Assembly (NCBI GenBank): GCA_016872355.1
Contig: VGZY01000002.1
Coordinates: 4,484-68,483 of the forward strand
DNA length: 64,000 nucleotides
Origin: SAR202 cluster bacterium
GTDB lineage: Bacteria > Chloroflexota > Dehalococcoidia > Lucifugimonadales > VGZY01
Reading direction: 5' to 3'
A program made the position numbers and the translations under genes. How positions within the stretch are numbered: position 1 is the first letter of the stretch; every line of letters starts with the position of its first letter. Of this stretch, positions 9,437-18,583 are shown piece after piece. The notes beneath the pieces are model-generated. The model was not told the DNA's origin and did no database searches. It saw only the letters and a list, made by a program, of their open reading frames with translations.

Positions 9437-10687
9437 ATGCAAATCCTCCTCACAGGCCTAAATCACAAGACTGCCCCGGTAGAGGTCCGGGAGCGCGTCT
9501 CCTTCTCGAAGGAGCAGCTCTCCCGCGCGCTGCCGTTGCTGGCGGCCAGGACCGGCGAGGCTGTGGTGCTCTCCACCTGTAACCGTACCGAGGTATACAC
9601 CGCCACCGACAGCCCCGAGGACTCGGCGCTCGAGATCCGCAGCTTCCTTGCCGACTTTCACGGCGTCGCGATGGGCGACGTTTCTCCTCACCTGTACGAC
9701 CGCGCAGGCCGCGAGGCTGTGCACCACCTTTTCACCGTTTCTGCCGGCCTTGACTCTATGATTTTGGGCGAGTCCCAAATACTTGGCCAGGTCCGGACGG
9801 CATTCGCACTCGCCGCCGAGCACGGCGCAGTCGCATCCGAAGTGTCGCGCCTCTTCCACCGAGCCATCCGAACCGGCCGCCGGGTGCGCGAAGAGACTGA
9901 GATATCGCGCAACGCACTCTCGATCAGCTACGCGGCAGTGCAGCTTGCCCAAAAAGTAATGGGCAGGCTCGCAGGCAAGCGCGTGCTCCTGATAGGCGCC
10001 GGCGATGCCGGCCAGCTTGTCGCCCGGGCGCTGCGCACCACAGGCGCGGCGGACCTTATGATCGCCAACCGCACGCTCTCCCGGGCCGAGGAGCTCGCCT
10101 CCGAGCTGTCCGGCCGCGCGGTGCCGTTCGCCGATATCCCGTCCGCCCTGATCGACGCCGATATCGTCATCGCCGCCACCGAGGCGCCGGAGTTCGTCCT
10201 GCGCACGTCCGACCTCAAGGCCGCGTTCGCGCACCGCAACGCCCGCCCGGTATTCCTGTTCGACCTCTCCGTCCCGCTCAACATCGACCCGCAGACGGCG
10301 AAGCTGGACGGCGTGAGCCTCTACGACATCGACGACCTATCGGCCATCGCCGAGGAGAACCTTCAAAATCGCCGCAACGCCGCCGACGCCGCCGCGAAGA
10401 TCGTGGATGAGGAGACGGACGCCTTCATGTCGTGGTGGAGCACACTGGACGCGCTGCCGCTGGTCAAGTCGCTCCGCGCCCAGGCGGAGGATACCCGCGC
10501 CCGCGAGCTCGCCCGCGCCGTCCGCAAGCTCGGCGACCTCCCCCCCGAGCAGCTTGAGATCATCGACGCCCTCACCCGTTCCATCACCAACCGCCTCCTC
10601 CACGACCCCACCCTCGCCCTCAAGCAGGCCGACGAAGCCGAGCTCAAGGCCATCCGCGCGCTGCTGGGCATGGACGAGGGACATTAG
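9437..10687 (+). CDS. hemA: glutamyl-tRNA reductase
   Basis: LSTCNRTEVY active-site Cys, a Rossmann motif (LLIGAGDAG) and a C-terminal dimerisation helix. Confidence 0.95.
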   Translation: MQILLTGLNHKTAPVEVRERVSFSKEQLSRALPLLAARTGEAVVLSTCNRTEVYTATDSPEDSALEIRSFLADFHGVAMGDVSPHLYDRAGREAVHHLFTVSAGLDSMILGESQILGQVRTAFALAAEHGAVASEVSRLFHRAIRTGRRVREETEISRNALSISYAAVQLAQKVMGRLAGKRVLLIGAGDAGQLVARALRTTGAADLMIANRTLSRAEELASELSGRAVPFADIPSALIDADIVIAATEAPEFVLRTSDLKAAFAHRNARPVFLFDLSVPLNIDPQTAKLDGVSLYDIDDLSAIAEENLQNRRNAADAAAKIVDEETDAFMSWWSTLDALPLVKSLRAQAEDTRARELARAVRKLGDLPPEQLEIIDALTRSITNRLLHDPTLALKQADEAELKAIRALLGMDEGH

Positions 10688-10717
10688 CTCACGCGGGCGG
10701 CCCGTTCCTTCGACCCC

Positions 10718-12310
10718 TCACCTCCACTCGTTCCCCCAGAACCCCCAGTCCACCATCCGACCGCCGTCGTAGACGATGTAGTCCGGCAGGAGCATCATGC
10801 CGAGGTGGCTGCCCCAGCACACCGCATCCGGCGTCACGCCGCCGTGGACCGCGACGTACCGCTCACCGTTGAGCGGGTGCGGGAAGAGGGCGAACACGGA
10901 TAAGCGCTCGCCCGTGTATCTCTTCCCCGCCAGCGTGATCGCGCCCGCCCCGAACTCCAACGGAAGCTTGCCCTTGAACCGCGCCAGGACGGCGTTCGTG
11001 GCGTATGTGCCGTACAGGAGGATATTGTTTGCCTTGAGGTCGTCGTCCGCCAGCTCCTTGTCCGGTACTATCGCAAGGTCCACGGAGTTCTCGCCCATGA
11101 TGCCGCCGCGGTGGACGCCGCCGTTGCGCTTCTTGAAGTAGGCCTGCGCGTCCTTCGCAGCCCATGTGTTGAAGTGCGTCTCCTCGTCCGTGCCCGCCGT
11201 TCCCGGCACCATGAGCGCGCGGTCGAAGAACAGGTCCGATATCGGCCCGGACATGCCGCGTCGCTTCTCGCCCGGCGTGCCCGCCGTCGAAACTGACCAG
11301 CTCTTGCCATTAATACGGAACGTCAGCCGCTTCGAGATTTCCAGCACGCCCATGTCCTGCCCGTCCACCGCCACGCGGCCGCGTCCCGACCCCACCGGCC
11401 CGATGGAGAAGCCGCGGACGTTCGCCGTGGACACGGTCACCGCGCCGCCGTCCTCCAGCCGCGCGTTCACCAGCGCCCTCCGGCCGTAGCGCTCGATCTG
11501 GTCTACCGTCACCCAGTACGACCGGTTGTGGCGGAGCTGGTACGTGGCGAGCGCGACGTGGCGGGGGTTGCGGACCTTGTTTTGCTCCAGCATCCACAGG
11601 ATGAGTTGCTCGTACATGGGGTTCGGCGGCACCTCGTGACCCAGCTTCGCAGTCTCGGTGTACTGGTGTTGGAACCCCTTCTCCCTGAGCAGGCGCGACA
11701 TCTGCCGCGAGTGCTCCACCGGCACTCCCCCGCCGACGCCCCTGTCCCACGCGCCGAGCTCGATCCACAGCGGCGTGTGCTCCAGGTTCTCCACCAGCAG
11801 CGCCGCCGAGCGGGCCTGCCACGACGGCTCCTCCCACTCGCTCATGTGGAACGTGGCGCCGCCGGGCTTCTCCCACAGACGGTAGTCGCAGTAGCCGCAG
11901 ATCGGCACGCCGGCGGCGAAGAAGTCCGGGTAGTGCGACACCATGTACCAGACCGACGCGCCCCCCATTGATGAGCCGATGACCGTTATGCGGTCACGGT
12001 CGATCTCGTGGCTTGCCGCCACCGCCTCAATGGCTTCAAAGACGTCCACCTCGCCATAGTTCTGGTGCACCGAGCCCGGCCCGCACCCCGTCGGGCGCAG
12101 CACCACGCACGACTTCCCTCCCCGCCTGGCAATGTCTGCGATCTTCTCCGTGTCCTCCACTGCCTTTTGCAGGTTCGTGATGGCGCCGGGGCTGATCTCC
12201 AAGATCAACGGCTTCGGCCCGGGCAGGTCGTCCGTCGCACATACCGCATAGGGATGAAGCTTCAGATCGATCTTGGACCGGAAATACAGAAGCTGGGCCT
12301 GGGGGCGCAT
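10718..12310 (-). CDS. alpha/beta hydrolase (prolyl-oligopeptidase/esterase-like) with a large C-terminal domain
   Basis: Nucleophile elbow GSSMGG and the surrounding alpha/beta-hydrolase pattern. I chose ATG 12310, preceded by AGGTGA. The track GTG at 12388 has no RBS. Confidence 0.65.
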   Translation of the reverse strand: MRPQAQLLYFRSKIDLKLHPYAVCATDDLPGPKPLILEISPGAITNLQKAVEDTEKIADIARRGGKSCVVLRPTGCGPGSVHQNYGEVDVFEAIEAVAASHEIDRDRITVIGSSMGGASVWYMVSHYPDFFAAGVPICGYCDYRLWEKPGGATFHMSEWEEPSWQARSAALLVENLEHTPLWIELGAWDRGVGGGVPVEHSRQMSRLLREKGFQHQYTETAKLGHEVPPNPMYEQLILWMLEQNKVRNPRHVALATYQLRHNRSYWVTVDQIERYGRRALVNARLEDGGAVTVSTANVRGFSIGPVGSGRGRVAVDGQDMGVLEISKRLTFRINGKSWSVSTAGTPGEKRRGMSGPISDLFFDRALMVPGTAGTDEETHFNTWAAKDAQAYFKKRNGGVHRGGIMGENSVDLAIVPDKELADDDLKANNILLYGTYATNAVLARFKGKLPLEFGAGAITLAGKRYTGERLSVFALFPHPLNGERYVAVHGGVTPDAVCWGSHLGMMLLPDYIVYDGGRMVDWGFWGNEWR

Positions 12311-12424
12311 GTTTTCACCTGCAAAGGCATCGAAGTGTCGTACATGATAGCGGAAAATAGGTAGATATTCGCATTGAGTGATTCGCACCGATGGGTTAGT
12401 CTAAAAAGATAAGTGAGGTAACAG

Positions 12425-13117
12425 ATGAAGGTGCTCATTACCGGCGCTGCCGGCGCCGTCGGATCGACGCTCGTTCGCGGGATGAAAGACCGCTACGAAT
12501 TGCGCGGGTTTGACAGGCAGCCGATGCCAGAAATGGCAGACGCCATTGTCGGCGATGTTGCCGACCCGGAGGCGGTCAAGCGGGCAACCGAGGGCGTTGA
12601 GGTCGTCATACACCTGGCCGGCGCGCCCGGCGGCGGCTACCCGTGGGAGGCCGTGCTGCCGAGCAACTTCGTCGGCTGCTACAACGTCTTCGAGGCATGC
12701 CGCTTGAACGGCGTGCGCCGGGTCGTCTACGCCAGCCGCGCGGGCATCCTGGGATGGGTGAAGGACACGATGCGCACGGTGGACCAGGTCCCGCGCCCGG
12801 ACAGCTACTACTCCGCCAGCAAGATCTTCGGCGAGGGTATGGGGTGGATGTACCAGCTCAGGTACGGCATCGAGTTCCTTGGGGTCCGCATCGGCAACTT
12901 CAGCCGCACACGCGACCTGCCTGAGCACCCGCACCAGCTCAGCCACGGCGACGCCGTCCGGGTCTTTGAGCGCGCGGCCATTCAACCCGGCGTGAAGTAC
13001 GAGATCGTATTCGGCGTCTCGGATAGCACATGGCCCATGTATGACATTGACCACGGACGCCGCGTGATCGGGTACTACCCGCAGGACAAGTCGGTGTGGG
13101 AGCCGACGAAGGAATAG
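12425..13117 (+). CDS. NAD-dependent epimerase/dehydratase family protein
   Basis: MKVLITGAAGAVGS Rossmann motif and YSASK (YxxxK). Confidence 0.8.
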   Translation: MKVLITGAAGAVGSTLVRGMKDRYELRGFDRQPMPEMADAIVGDVADPEAVKRATEGVEVVIHLAGAPGGGYPWEAVLPSNFVGCYNVFEACRLNGVRRVVYASRAGILGWVKDTMRTVDQVPRPDSYYSASKIFGEGMGWMYQLRYGIEFLGVRIGNFSRTRDLPEHPHQLSHGDAVRVFERAAIQPGVKYEIVFGVSDSTWPMYDIDHGRRVIGYYPQDKSVWEPTKE

Positions 13118-13186
13118 AAGTTAGTAGTTGGAAGTTAGCAGTGAGTTGAAGACTGGACCAGCAGCCGTTTTGAGAGGGGGAGAAGT

Positions 13187-13747
13187 ATGGCGAAGATCAA
13201 GCATATAGCCATAGCGACGCAGCAACCGGAGGAGACGGCAAAGTTCTATCGCGAGACATTCGACCTGCGACTAGTGGGCAAGGTGGACACGGACAACCTG
13301 GAGGGTTACTACCTGACCGACGGCAACGTGAACCTGGCCATCGTGCGGTACAAGAACGACGCAATGGCCGGCAACGAGCACGGCAAGGAGTACACGGGCA
13401 TCCACCACATCGGCTTCCAGGTGGAGGACATGTCCGTTACCGACACTCGCCTTCGCAAAGCGAACTCCGAGCCCCGCAACGACATTAACGGCGCAAAGCG
13501 CTCCGAGCTCGGTAAGGCGTACAACGGGCGAAACGTCGCATTCACCTACGCCGGCCCGAACGGCGTCCTGCTGGACGTATCGCACACCGGCTGGGTAGGC
13601 ACCGGCCAGGCGGACGCCCCGGCACACGCGGGAACGGTCCATCCGACAACGCCGCACCCGTCTACGGCGCACAGCCCCACAACCCCGCATGCGGCCTTCA
13701 GGGGCGCAATACACCCCGGTGCCGCAGCGGCGCGCGCTACGAGATAA
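13187..13747 (+). CDS. VOC family protein with a His/Pro/Thr-rich C-terminal tail
   Basis: IKHIAIATQQPEETAKFYRETF ... GIHHIGFQVEDM is a VOC core. The last ~50 aa are low-complexity (HPTTPHPSTAHSPTTPH). Confidence 0.7.
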   Translation: MAKIKHIAIATQQPEETAKFYRETFDLRLVGKVDTDNLEGYYLTDGNVNLAIVRYKNDAMAGNEHGKEYTGIHHIGFQVEDMSVTDTRLRKANSEPRNDINGAKRSELGKAYNGRNVAFTYAGPNGVLLDVSHTGWVGTGQADAPAHAGTVHPTTPHPSTAHSPTTPHAAFRGAIHPGAAAARATR

Positions 13748-13773
13748 CTCAGCCTCGCTATCAACACAAACGT

Positions 13774-13807
13774 CAGGGGGGCGGTCGGCATGCCGACCGC
13801 CCCCCTG
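13774..13807. terminator. perfect 34-nt palindrome between convergent genes (bidirectional terminator candidate)
   Basis: CAGGGGGGCGGTCGGCA|TGCCGACCGCCCCCCTG lies between the VOC stop (13747) and the aconitase stop (13860). Confidence 0.6.
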
Positions 13808-13859
13808 AATTTCTTATCTGACTCCAGCTGCTAGCTCACTGCTAACTGCCCACTGCTCA

Positions 13860-16139
13860 CTACTTCTTCTTGTGGAAGAGGTTGAGCGCAGAGCCCGCCC
13901 AGAACCACTGCACCTGGTTAGCGCCGAAGCTGTGGTTCAGGTTCAGCGTCTCGGTCGTGCCGTCTGAGTGCTTGATGAGGCACGTCACAGGCTTGCCCGG
14001 CGTCAAATCGGCCAGACCCACAAGGCTGATCCTGTCGTCCTCGCGGACCTTTTCATAGTCCTTCGGGTCCTGGAAGGTCAGCGGCAGCAGCCCCTGCTTC
14101 TTCAGGTTCGATTCGTGGATGCGCGCGAAGCCCCGCGCGATTACGGCAGCGCCGCCCAGCAGCCTGGGAGAGAGGGCAGCATGCTCGCGGCTGGAGCCCT
14201 CGCCGTAGTTGAAGTCGCCCACTACGACCCACTTCACGCCCTTCGCCTTGTAGTTGCGGGCAACCTTGGATATCGACTGCCCCTTCTCGCCGGTGAGCTG
14301 GTTGGTCGTCTTGCCCGTCTCCCCTGTATGGGCGTTGATCGCGCCCATGAACATGTTGTCGCTGAACTTGCCCAGGTGGCCGCGGTACTTCAGCCAAGGG
14401 CCGGCCGGGGAGATATGGTCGGTCGTCGTCTTGCCCTTTGTCTTCACCAGCACGGGCATGTCGACGTAGTCCTTCTTGTCCCAGGCCGGGAACGGCTCAA
14501 TGATCTGCAGGCGGTCGCTCGTGGGCGAAACGCTGACCTGGATCTTGCTGCCGTCGTCCGGCGGCGCGACAAAGAAAGGGTTGCCCTTTGCGAAGCCCTT
14601 CGAAGGCACTTCCGGCGCCTGTTTGGGCGCGGTGAGCTTGAACTGCTTCCCGTCCGCGCCGGTCAGCGTGTCTGTCAGCGGGTTGAACGACAGCTTGCCT
14701 GCCACGGCCAGGGCAGTCACGATTTCCGGGCTGCCGATGAAGTTCATCGTTTCGGACCGACCGTCATTGCGGCGGGGGAAGTTGCGGTTGTAAGAAGTGA
14801 CGATCGTGTTCGGCACGCCGTCCAGCATCTTTTCGCGCTTCCACTGACCGATGCAGGGGCCGCAGGCGTTCGCGAGAACGATGGCGTCCACCTTCTTGAG
14901 CGTCTGTAGCTGCCCGTCGCGCTCAATTGTCGCGCGGACCTGCTCGGAGCCGGGCGTCACCATGAAGGCGGCCGCGGTCTTGATACCACGGGAAGCAGCC
15001 TGCTGGGCAACGTCCGCCGCGCGGCTCATGTCCTCGTAGGAAGAGTTCGTGCAGCTGCCGATAAGCGCGGTATCGATCTTGTCGATGAACTTGCTCGCGG
15101 GGTCTGCCACCTCGGCTTTCAGCTTCGAGATAGGCCGCGCGCGGTCCGGCGTATGCGGGCCTACGATGTGCGGCTCCAGCTTCGTAAGGTCGATGTGCAC
15201 AACCCTGTCGAAGTACTTTTCCGGGTTCTTCACCACCTCGGCGTCCGGCACCAGCAATTCGTGGTTCTTCTCCGCCAGGCGGGCAATAGCCGCGCGGCCC
15301 GTCGCCACGAGGTATCGGGACATGCGCTCGTCGTGCTCGAATATGGAGGTCGTTGCGCCGATCTCCGCGCCCATGTTGGTAATCGTCGCCTTGCCGGTGC
15401 AGCTGATCGAGCTCGCGCCCGGCCCGAAGTACTCAATTATCGAGTTAGTGCCGCCCTCAACCGTCAGGAAACCAGCGAGGTACAGTATGACGTCCTTCGG
15501 AGCGGTCCAGCCGCTCATCGATCCCGTGAGGTAAACGCCGACGTGCTTGGGGTACAGGATCTCCCACGTCAGGCCCGCCATTACTTCCACGGCGTCCGAG
15601 CCGCCCACGCCCACGGCGCACGCACCCAGTCCGCCCGCGTTCGGGGTATGGGAGTCCGTGCCGATGATCACGCATCCCGGGAAGGCATAGTTTTCAAGGA
15701 CCACCTGGTGGATGATGCCCGCGCCCGGGCCCCAGAAGCCCACGCCGAACCTGGCCGAGGCCGTGCGGAGGAAGTCATAGACCTCTTTGTTCTCCTCGAT
15801 GGACTGCACCAGGTCGAGGCCGCCCTCTGTCCGGGCCTGGATAAGGTGGTCGCAGTGGACCGTCGTCGGCACCGCCGCACTGGAGCGCAGCGTCTGAATG
15901 AAATTCAGCATCACCGTCTGGCCCAAAACGTCCTGCAGCGCCACCCTGTCCGGGCGCACCTGCAGGTAGCTCTTGCCGGGAATCAGCTCCTGGTTGACGG
16001 CGTCGTCCAGGTGCGAGAGCAGTATCTTGTCCGCAAGTGTCAGAGGCCGGCCAAGGTTCTTCCTGACGGCCTTCATGTTCTTCTCCATGGTGGCGTACAC
16101 CCGCGTCACCATCTCCGGAGTCGAATTAATCTCAACCAT
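13860..16139 (-). CDS. aconitate hydratase (short, mitochondrial-type)
   Basis: IGTDSHT, GSCTNSSYEDM and CGPCIGQW cluster-ligand motifs. ATG 16139 is preceded by GGAGGA. Confidence 0.95.
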   Translation of the reverse strand: MVEINSTPEMVTRVYATMEKNMKAVRKNLGRPLTLADKILLSHLDDAVNQELIPGKSYLQVRPDRVALQDVLGQTVMLNFIQTLRSSAAVPTTVHCDHLIQARTEGGLDLVQSIEENKEVYDFLRTASARFGVGFWGPGAGIIHQVVLENYAFPGCVIIGTDSHTPNAGGLGACAVGVGGSDAVEVMAGLTWEILYPKHVGVYLTGSMSGWTAPKDVILYLAGFLTVEGGTNSIIEYFGPGASSISCTGKATITNMGAEIGATTSIFEHDERMSRYLVATGRAAIARLAEKNHELLVPDAEVVKNPEKYFDRVVHIDLTKLEPHIVGPHTPDRARPISKLKAEVADPASKFIDKIDTALIGSCTNSSYEDMSRAADVAQQAASRGIKTAAAFMVTPGSEQVRATIERDGQLQTLKKVDAIVLANACGPCIGQWKREKMLDGVPNTIVTSYNRNFPRRNDGRSETMNFIGSPEIVTALAVAGKLSFNPLTDTLTGADGKQFKLTAPKQAPEVPSKGFAKGNPFFVAPPDDGSKIQVSVSPTSDRLQIIEPFPAWDKKDYVDMPVLVKTKGKTTTDHISPAGPWLKYRGHLGKFSDNMFMGAINAHTGETGKTTNQLTGEKGQSISKVARNYKAKGVKWVVVGDFNYGEGSSREHAALSPRLLGGAAVIARGFARIHESNLKKQGLLPLTFQDPKDYEKVREDDRISLVGLADLTPGKPVTCLIKHSDGTTETLNLNHSFGANQVQWFWAGSALNLFHKKK

Positions 16140-16182
16140 TACCGGTATCCTCCAGATATTCCATTCTCTATTAAGATTATCA

Positions 16183-16219
16183 AAATAGAACACGGCCCCG
16201 ATACGTTCGGGGCCGTGTT
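16183..16219 (-). terminator. rho-independent terminator downstream of the ferredoxin gene
   Basis: 13-bp stem AACACGGCCCCGA/TCGGGGCCGTGTT (16189-16219) with a 5-nt loop. It is followed on the minus strand by CTATTTTG. Confidence 0.65.
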
Positions 16220-16259
16220 CTGGAAGTCCTGTGCAATAATCGCAGACACAGGGCCTGGA

Positions 16260-16511
16260 CTAGCCCCTGGTCTGGTTGAAGTACTTGTAGTTGAGGTCTA
16301 TGTACTTGTCCCACTCCTTTGGAGTGTCCGGCTCTGCGAAAATCGCTACGACGGGGCACACGGGCTCACACGCGGCGCAATCGATGCACTCTTCCGGGTT
16401 GATGAAGTACTGGTTGTCATCGTCTGTGGTGTAGATGCAGTCTACAGGGCAGACGTCTACGCAAGCCGCGTCCTTAACGCCTACGCACGGCTCGGCGATA
16501 ATGTAGGACAT
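16260..16511 (-). CDS. fdxA: 7Fe ([3Fe-4S][4Fe-4S]) ferredoxin
   Basis: MSYIIAEPCVGVKDAACVDVCPVDCIY ... CIDCAACEPVCP. Start is the ATG at 16511. Confidence 0.85.
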   Translation of the reverse strand: MSYIIAEPCVGVKDAACVDVCPVDCIYTTDDDNQYFINPEECIDCAACEPVCPVVAIFAEPDTPKEWDKYIDLNYKYFNQTRG

Positions 16512-16579
16512 CTCTCGTGAACCCTCCCTCAAGGCGCCCCGGCTACCCGGGACACATCCAATAGATTTTCGCGTTCACA

Positions 16580-16608
16580 ATTATAGCGCCGGTGCATATA
16601 CCGCACAA
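16580..16608 (-). promoter_or_regulatory. sigma70-like promoter candidate for the ferredoxin gene
   Basis: On the minus strand: TTGTGC (16608-16603), 17-nt spacer, perfect TATAAT (16585-16580). Confidence 0.5.
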
Positions 16609-16633
16609 GCGACTTTCGTAAACGGGGTTCTCA

Positions 16634-16662
16634 TTGCAAACGGTCGCCACGCCACGTATTGT
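16634..16662 (+). promoter_or_regulatory. sigma70-like promoter candidate for the 70-aa ORF / beta-propeller operon
   Basis: TTGCAA (16634-16639), 17-nt spacer, TATTGT (16657-16662). It is about 50 nt upstream of ATG 16711. Confidence 0.45.
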
Positions 16663-16710
16663 AGCGTGAGTCAACAATTTCTGTTAACCAAAACGCACAG
16701 GGAGGGCGCC

Positions 16711-16923
16711 ATGACCGAGCTTCAACCACGGCCTGTGGAAATCGACGAACAGCTCGTGGAGCGCACCTGGAACGACGCGGCCGCGCTGACCGACTGGACG
16801 CCCTTCCCGACCGGTTACGGCATCCTCCTGAATGAGCGATACCAGTTCCCAGTGGACATGGCCCTCGCCCGCATGAAGCTGGACTCCAAGCGCCAACTCT
16901 TCGTGGACAACCCCATATCATAG
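16711..16923 (+). CDS. hypothetical 70-aa protein
   Basis: The ATG is preceded by GGGAGGG. Its stop lies 5 nt before the next ATG, suggesting translational coupling. I recognised no family. Confidence 0.4.
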   Translation: MTELQPRPVEIDEQLVERTWNDAAALTDWTPFPTGYGILLNERYQFPVDMALARMKLDSKRQLFVDNPIS

Positions 16924-16928
16924 GTCAC

Positions 16929-18374
16929 ATGGAGGGCGTTACACGGGAAACGCACTCTGTCCGTGAGCACCCCGCCAACCCGGTCTTCAACCCGCACCGC
17001 AACTACCCTCACTACATCGTTCCCGACCCGGAAGTCGGCTACCGCCTCTACTACAATCACGCCGGCGGCTGGGTCCAGCATGTGGCCCACTCGAAGGACG
17101 GCATAAACTGGGACCTGCCGGACCTCAATGTGGGTGACTTCGACCGCTCCCACATTCCCGACGGCCCGAACAACGTCATCGGCGCGGGTGAGATAAACGG
17201 CCTGTTCTACGAGCCGCACGACCCTGACCCCGACCGCCGCTGGAAGATGATCGTCCGTCCGACTACCAGAACGTTCAAGCACAAGCGCTGGCCCTATCTG
17301 AACCTGTCCCCCGAGAAGCGGGACCAGATGGGCGTCCCGTACGAGCTCCGGGTCTCGCCGGACGGGTACAGGTGGAAATTCGAGGCCGAAACGAACCACT
17401 GGAAGGGCCCAACGGCGGACTTCGACGCGCCGACCTACCAGCCCTATGCCGGCAGCGACGTTTTCCGAACACGCTGGGACCCCGTGCTCCGCAAGTACGT
17501 CGGCAATACGAAGCACCGCATCGGCCCTGATTTCCGCCTCTCCTCTATTTTCCACTCCGCCCGCGTCGTTGGCCAGATCGAGAGCGACGACCTTACCCAC
17601 TGGTCCGCCCCACGCATCTATGCCTACCCGGACAGCATTAACGCCGCCCACCAGCCGCTGAACGGCATGCACGGCATTTACGAGGCGGACGGGTACCCGT
17701 ACGAGAGTATGTGGATGAGCAATTTGTCCATGACCAACTACACTCCCGCCACCAACAGGCAAATGCGCGACCATAACTTGATGGACTCGCGCCCCTATAT
17801 AAAGCGCAACTGGATCCGGGCAGCCGCCAGCCGCAACGGTCGCCACTGGTACTACTTCGGCGACCGCAAACCCCTCGTCCCCCTCGGGCCTGACGGAGCA
17901 TGGAATTCCGGGTACCTCCGCGCCGTGAACCTGGTCACCACGGGCGGCCCCATCGTCAAGGGCGACGAGCTCTGGTTCTACTACCGCGGCAGCACGATCG
18001 ACGGGCCCAAGAACACATGGGGCCACGCGATGGGCATCGGCATCCTCCGGCGAGACGGCTTCGCCTCGCTCAACGCGGGACCGGACGGCGGACTGGTTAT
18101 CACACGCCCGTTCGTATTCGAAGTCGAAGGCAGGCTCCACGTCAACGTCGACGCCGGCAAGGACGGGTCCCTGCGCGCATCCGTCGTGGATGAAGACACG
18201 GCCGAGCCGCTGCCTGGCTTCACCGAGGCCGATAGCTCGGTCGTCGTTGGCGACTCCCCACGGGCGCGCGTCGGATGGCGCGGCCATGAAACGTTGTCGC
18301 CCCACAAGAAGCGATACGCCCGCCTCGCGTTTCACCTGAAGAACGCGCGACTGTATTCGTTCTGGATAGAGTAA
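16929..18374 (+). CDS. glycoside-hydrolase-like beta-propeller (GH32/43-type fold) with C-terminal beta-sandwich, no signal peptide
   Basis: N-terminus HPANPVF. The tail GILRRDGFASL...GRLHVNVD...VGWRGHETL...ARLAFHLKNARLYSFWI is typical of uncharacterised GH32/43-like proteins. This is family-level recall only. Confidence 0.5.
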   Translation: MEGVTRETHSVREHPANPVFNPHRNYPHYIVPDPEVGYRLYYNHAGGWVQHVAHSKDGINWDLPDLNVGDFDRSHIPDGPNNVIGAGEINGLFYEPHDPDPDRRWKMIVRPTTRTFKHKRWPYLNLSPEKRDQMGVPYELRVSPDGYRWKFEAETNHWKGPTADFDAPTYQPYAGSDVFRTRWDPVLRKYVGNTKHRIGPDFRLSSIFHSARVVGQIESDDLTHWSAPRIYAYPDSINAAHQPLNGMHGIYEADGYPYESMWMSNLSMTNYTPATNRQMRDHNLMDSRPYIKRNWIRAAASRNGRHWYYFGDRKPLVPLGPDGAWNSGYLRAVNLVTTGGPIVKGDELWFYYRGSTIDGPKNTWGHAMGIGILRRDGFASLNAGPDGGLVITRPFVFEVEGRLHVNVDAGKDGSLRASVVDEDTAEPLPGFTEADSSVVVGDSPRARVGWRGHETLSPHKKRYARLAFHLKNARLYSFWIE

Positions 18375-18399
18375 CGGCAGCCACAAGTCGGATAGCAAC

Positions 18400-18419
18400 G
18401 GGCGCACATCTGTGCGCCC
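18400..18419. terminator. GC hairpin downstream of the beta-propeller gene (REP-like/terminator-like)
   Basis: GGGCGCAC-atct-GTGCGCCC followed by CTAC. There is no U-tract. Confidence 0.3.
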
Positions 18420-18583
18420 CTACGAAAACCGGCCCCGCCGGTGACAGCGACCTCTCGTATCAGGCCGCTTCTCGGTGCGCTGGCGTTTACAGGAGGCCGC
18501 TACTTGACATTCCGCCCGCCCGCGTGATTACCTTTTCAGGTTCGTAGCGAAGCTGCGCAAGTCCATCTTCCCGCGAGGCGTTC

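Noticed and set aside
12311-12388. GTG start at 12388 for the alpha/beta hydrolase
   Set aside because: It has no RBS and leaves only 36 nt to the divergent epimerase gene. ATG 12310 has an AGGTGA RBS. The call remains uncertain.
16666-16935. 16666..16923 and 16929..18374 as one frameshifted gene
   Set aside because: The downstream frame is closed by TGA at 16833-16835, so it cannot extend into the small ORF. HPANPVF shortly after Met 16929 looks like a natural N-terminus.
16815-18407. Long antisense ORFs: 16815..18407 (-), 46041..47819 (+), 59289..60707 (+), 15153..16520 (+), 55603..56769 (+), 42764..43906 (-), 31870..32988 (-)
   Set aside because: They lie exactly opposite well-supported genes. 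They have Arg/Gly/Ala/Pro/Val-rich compositions typical of the antisense frame in GC-rich DNA, and no recognisable motifs or RBS.
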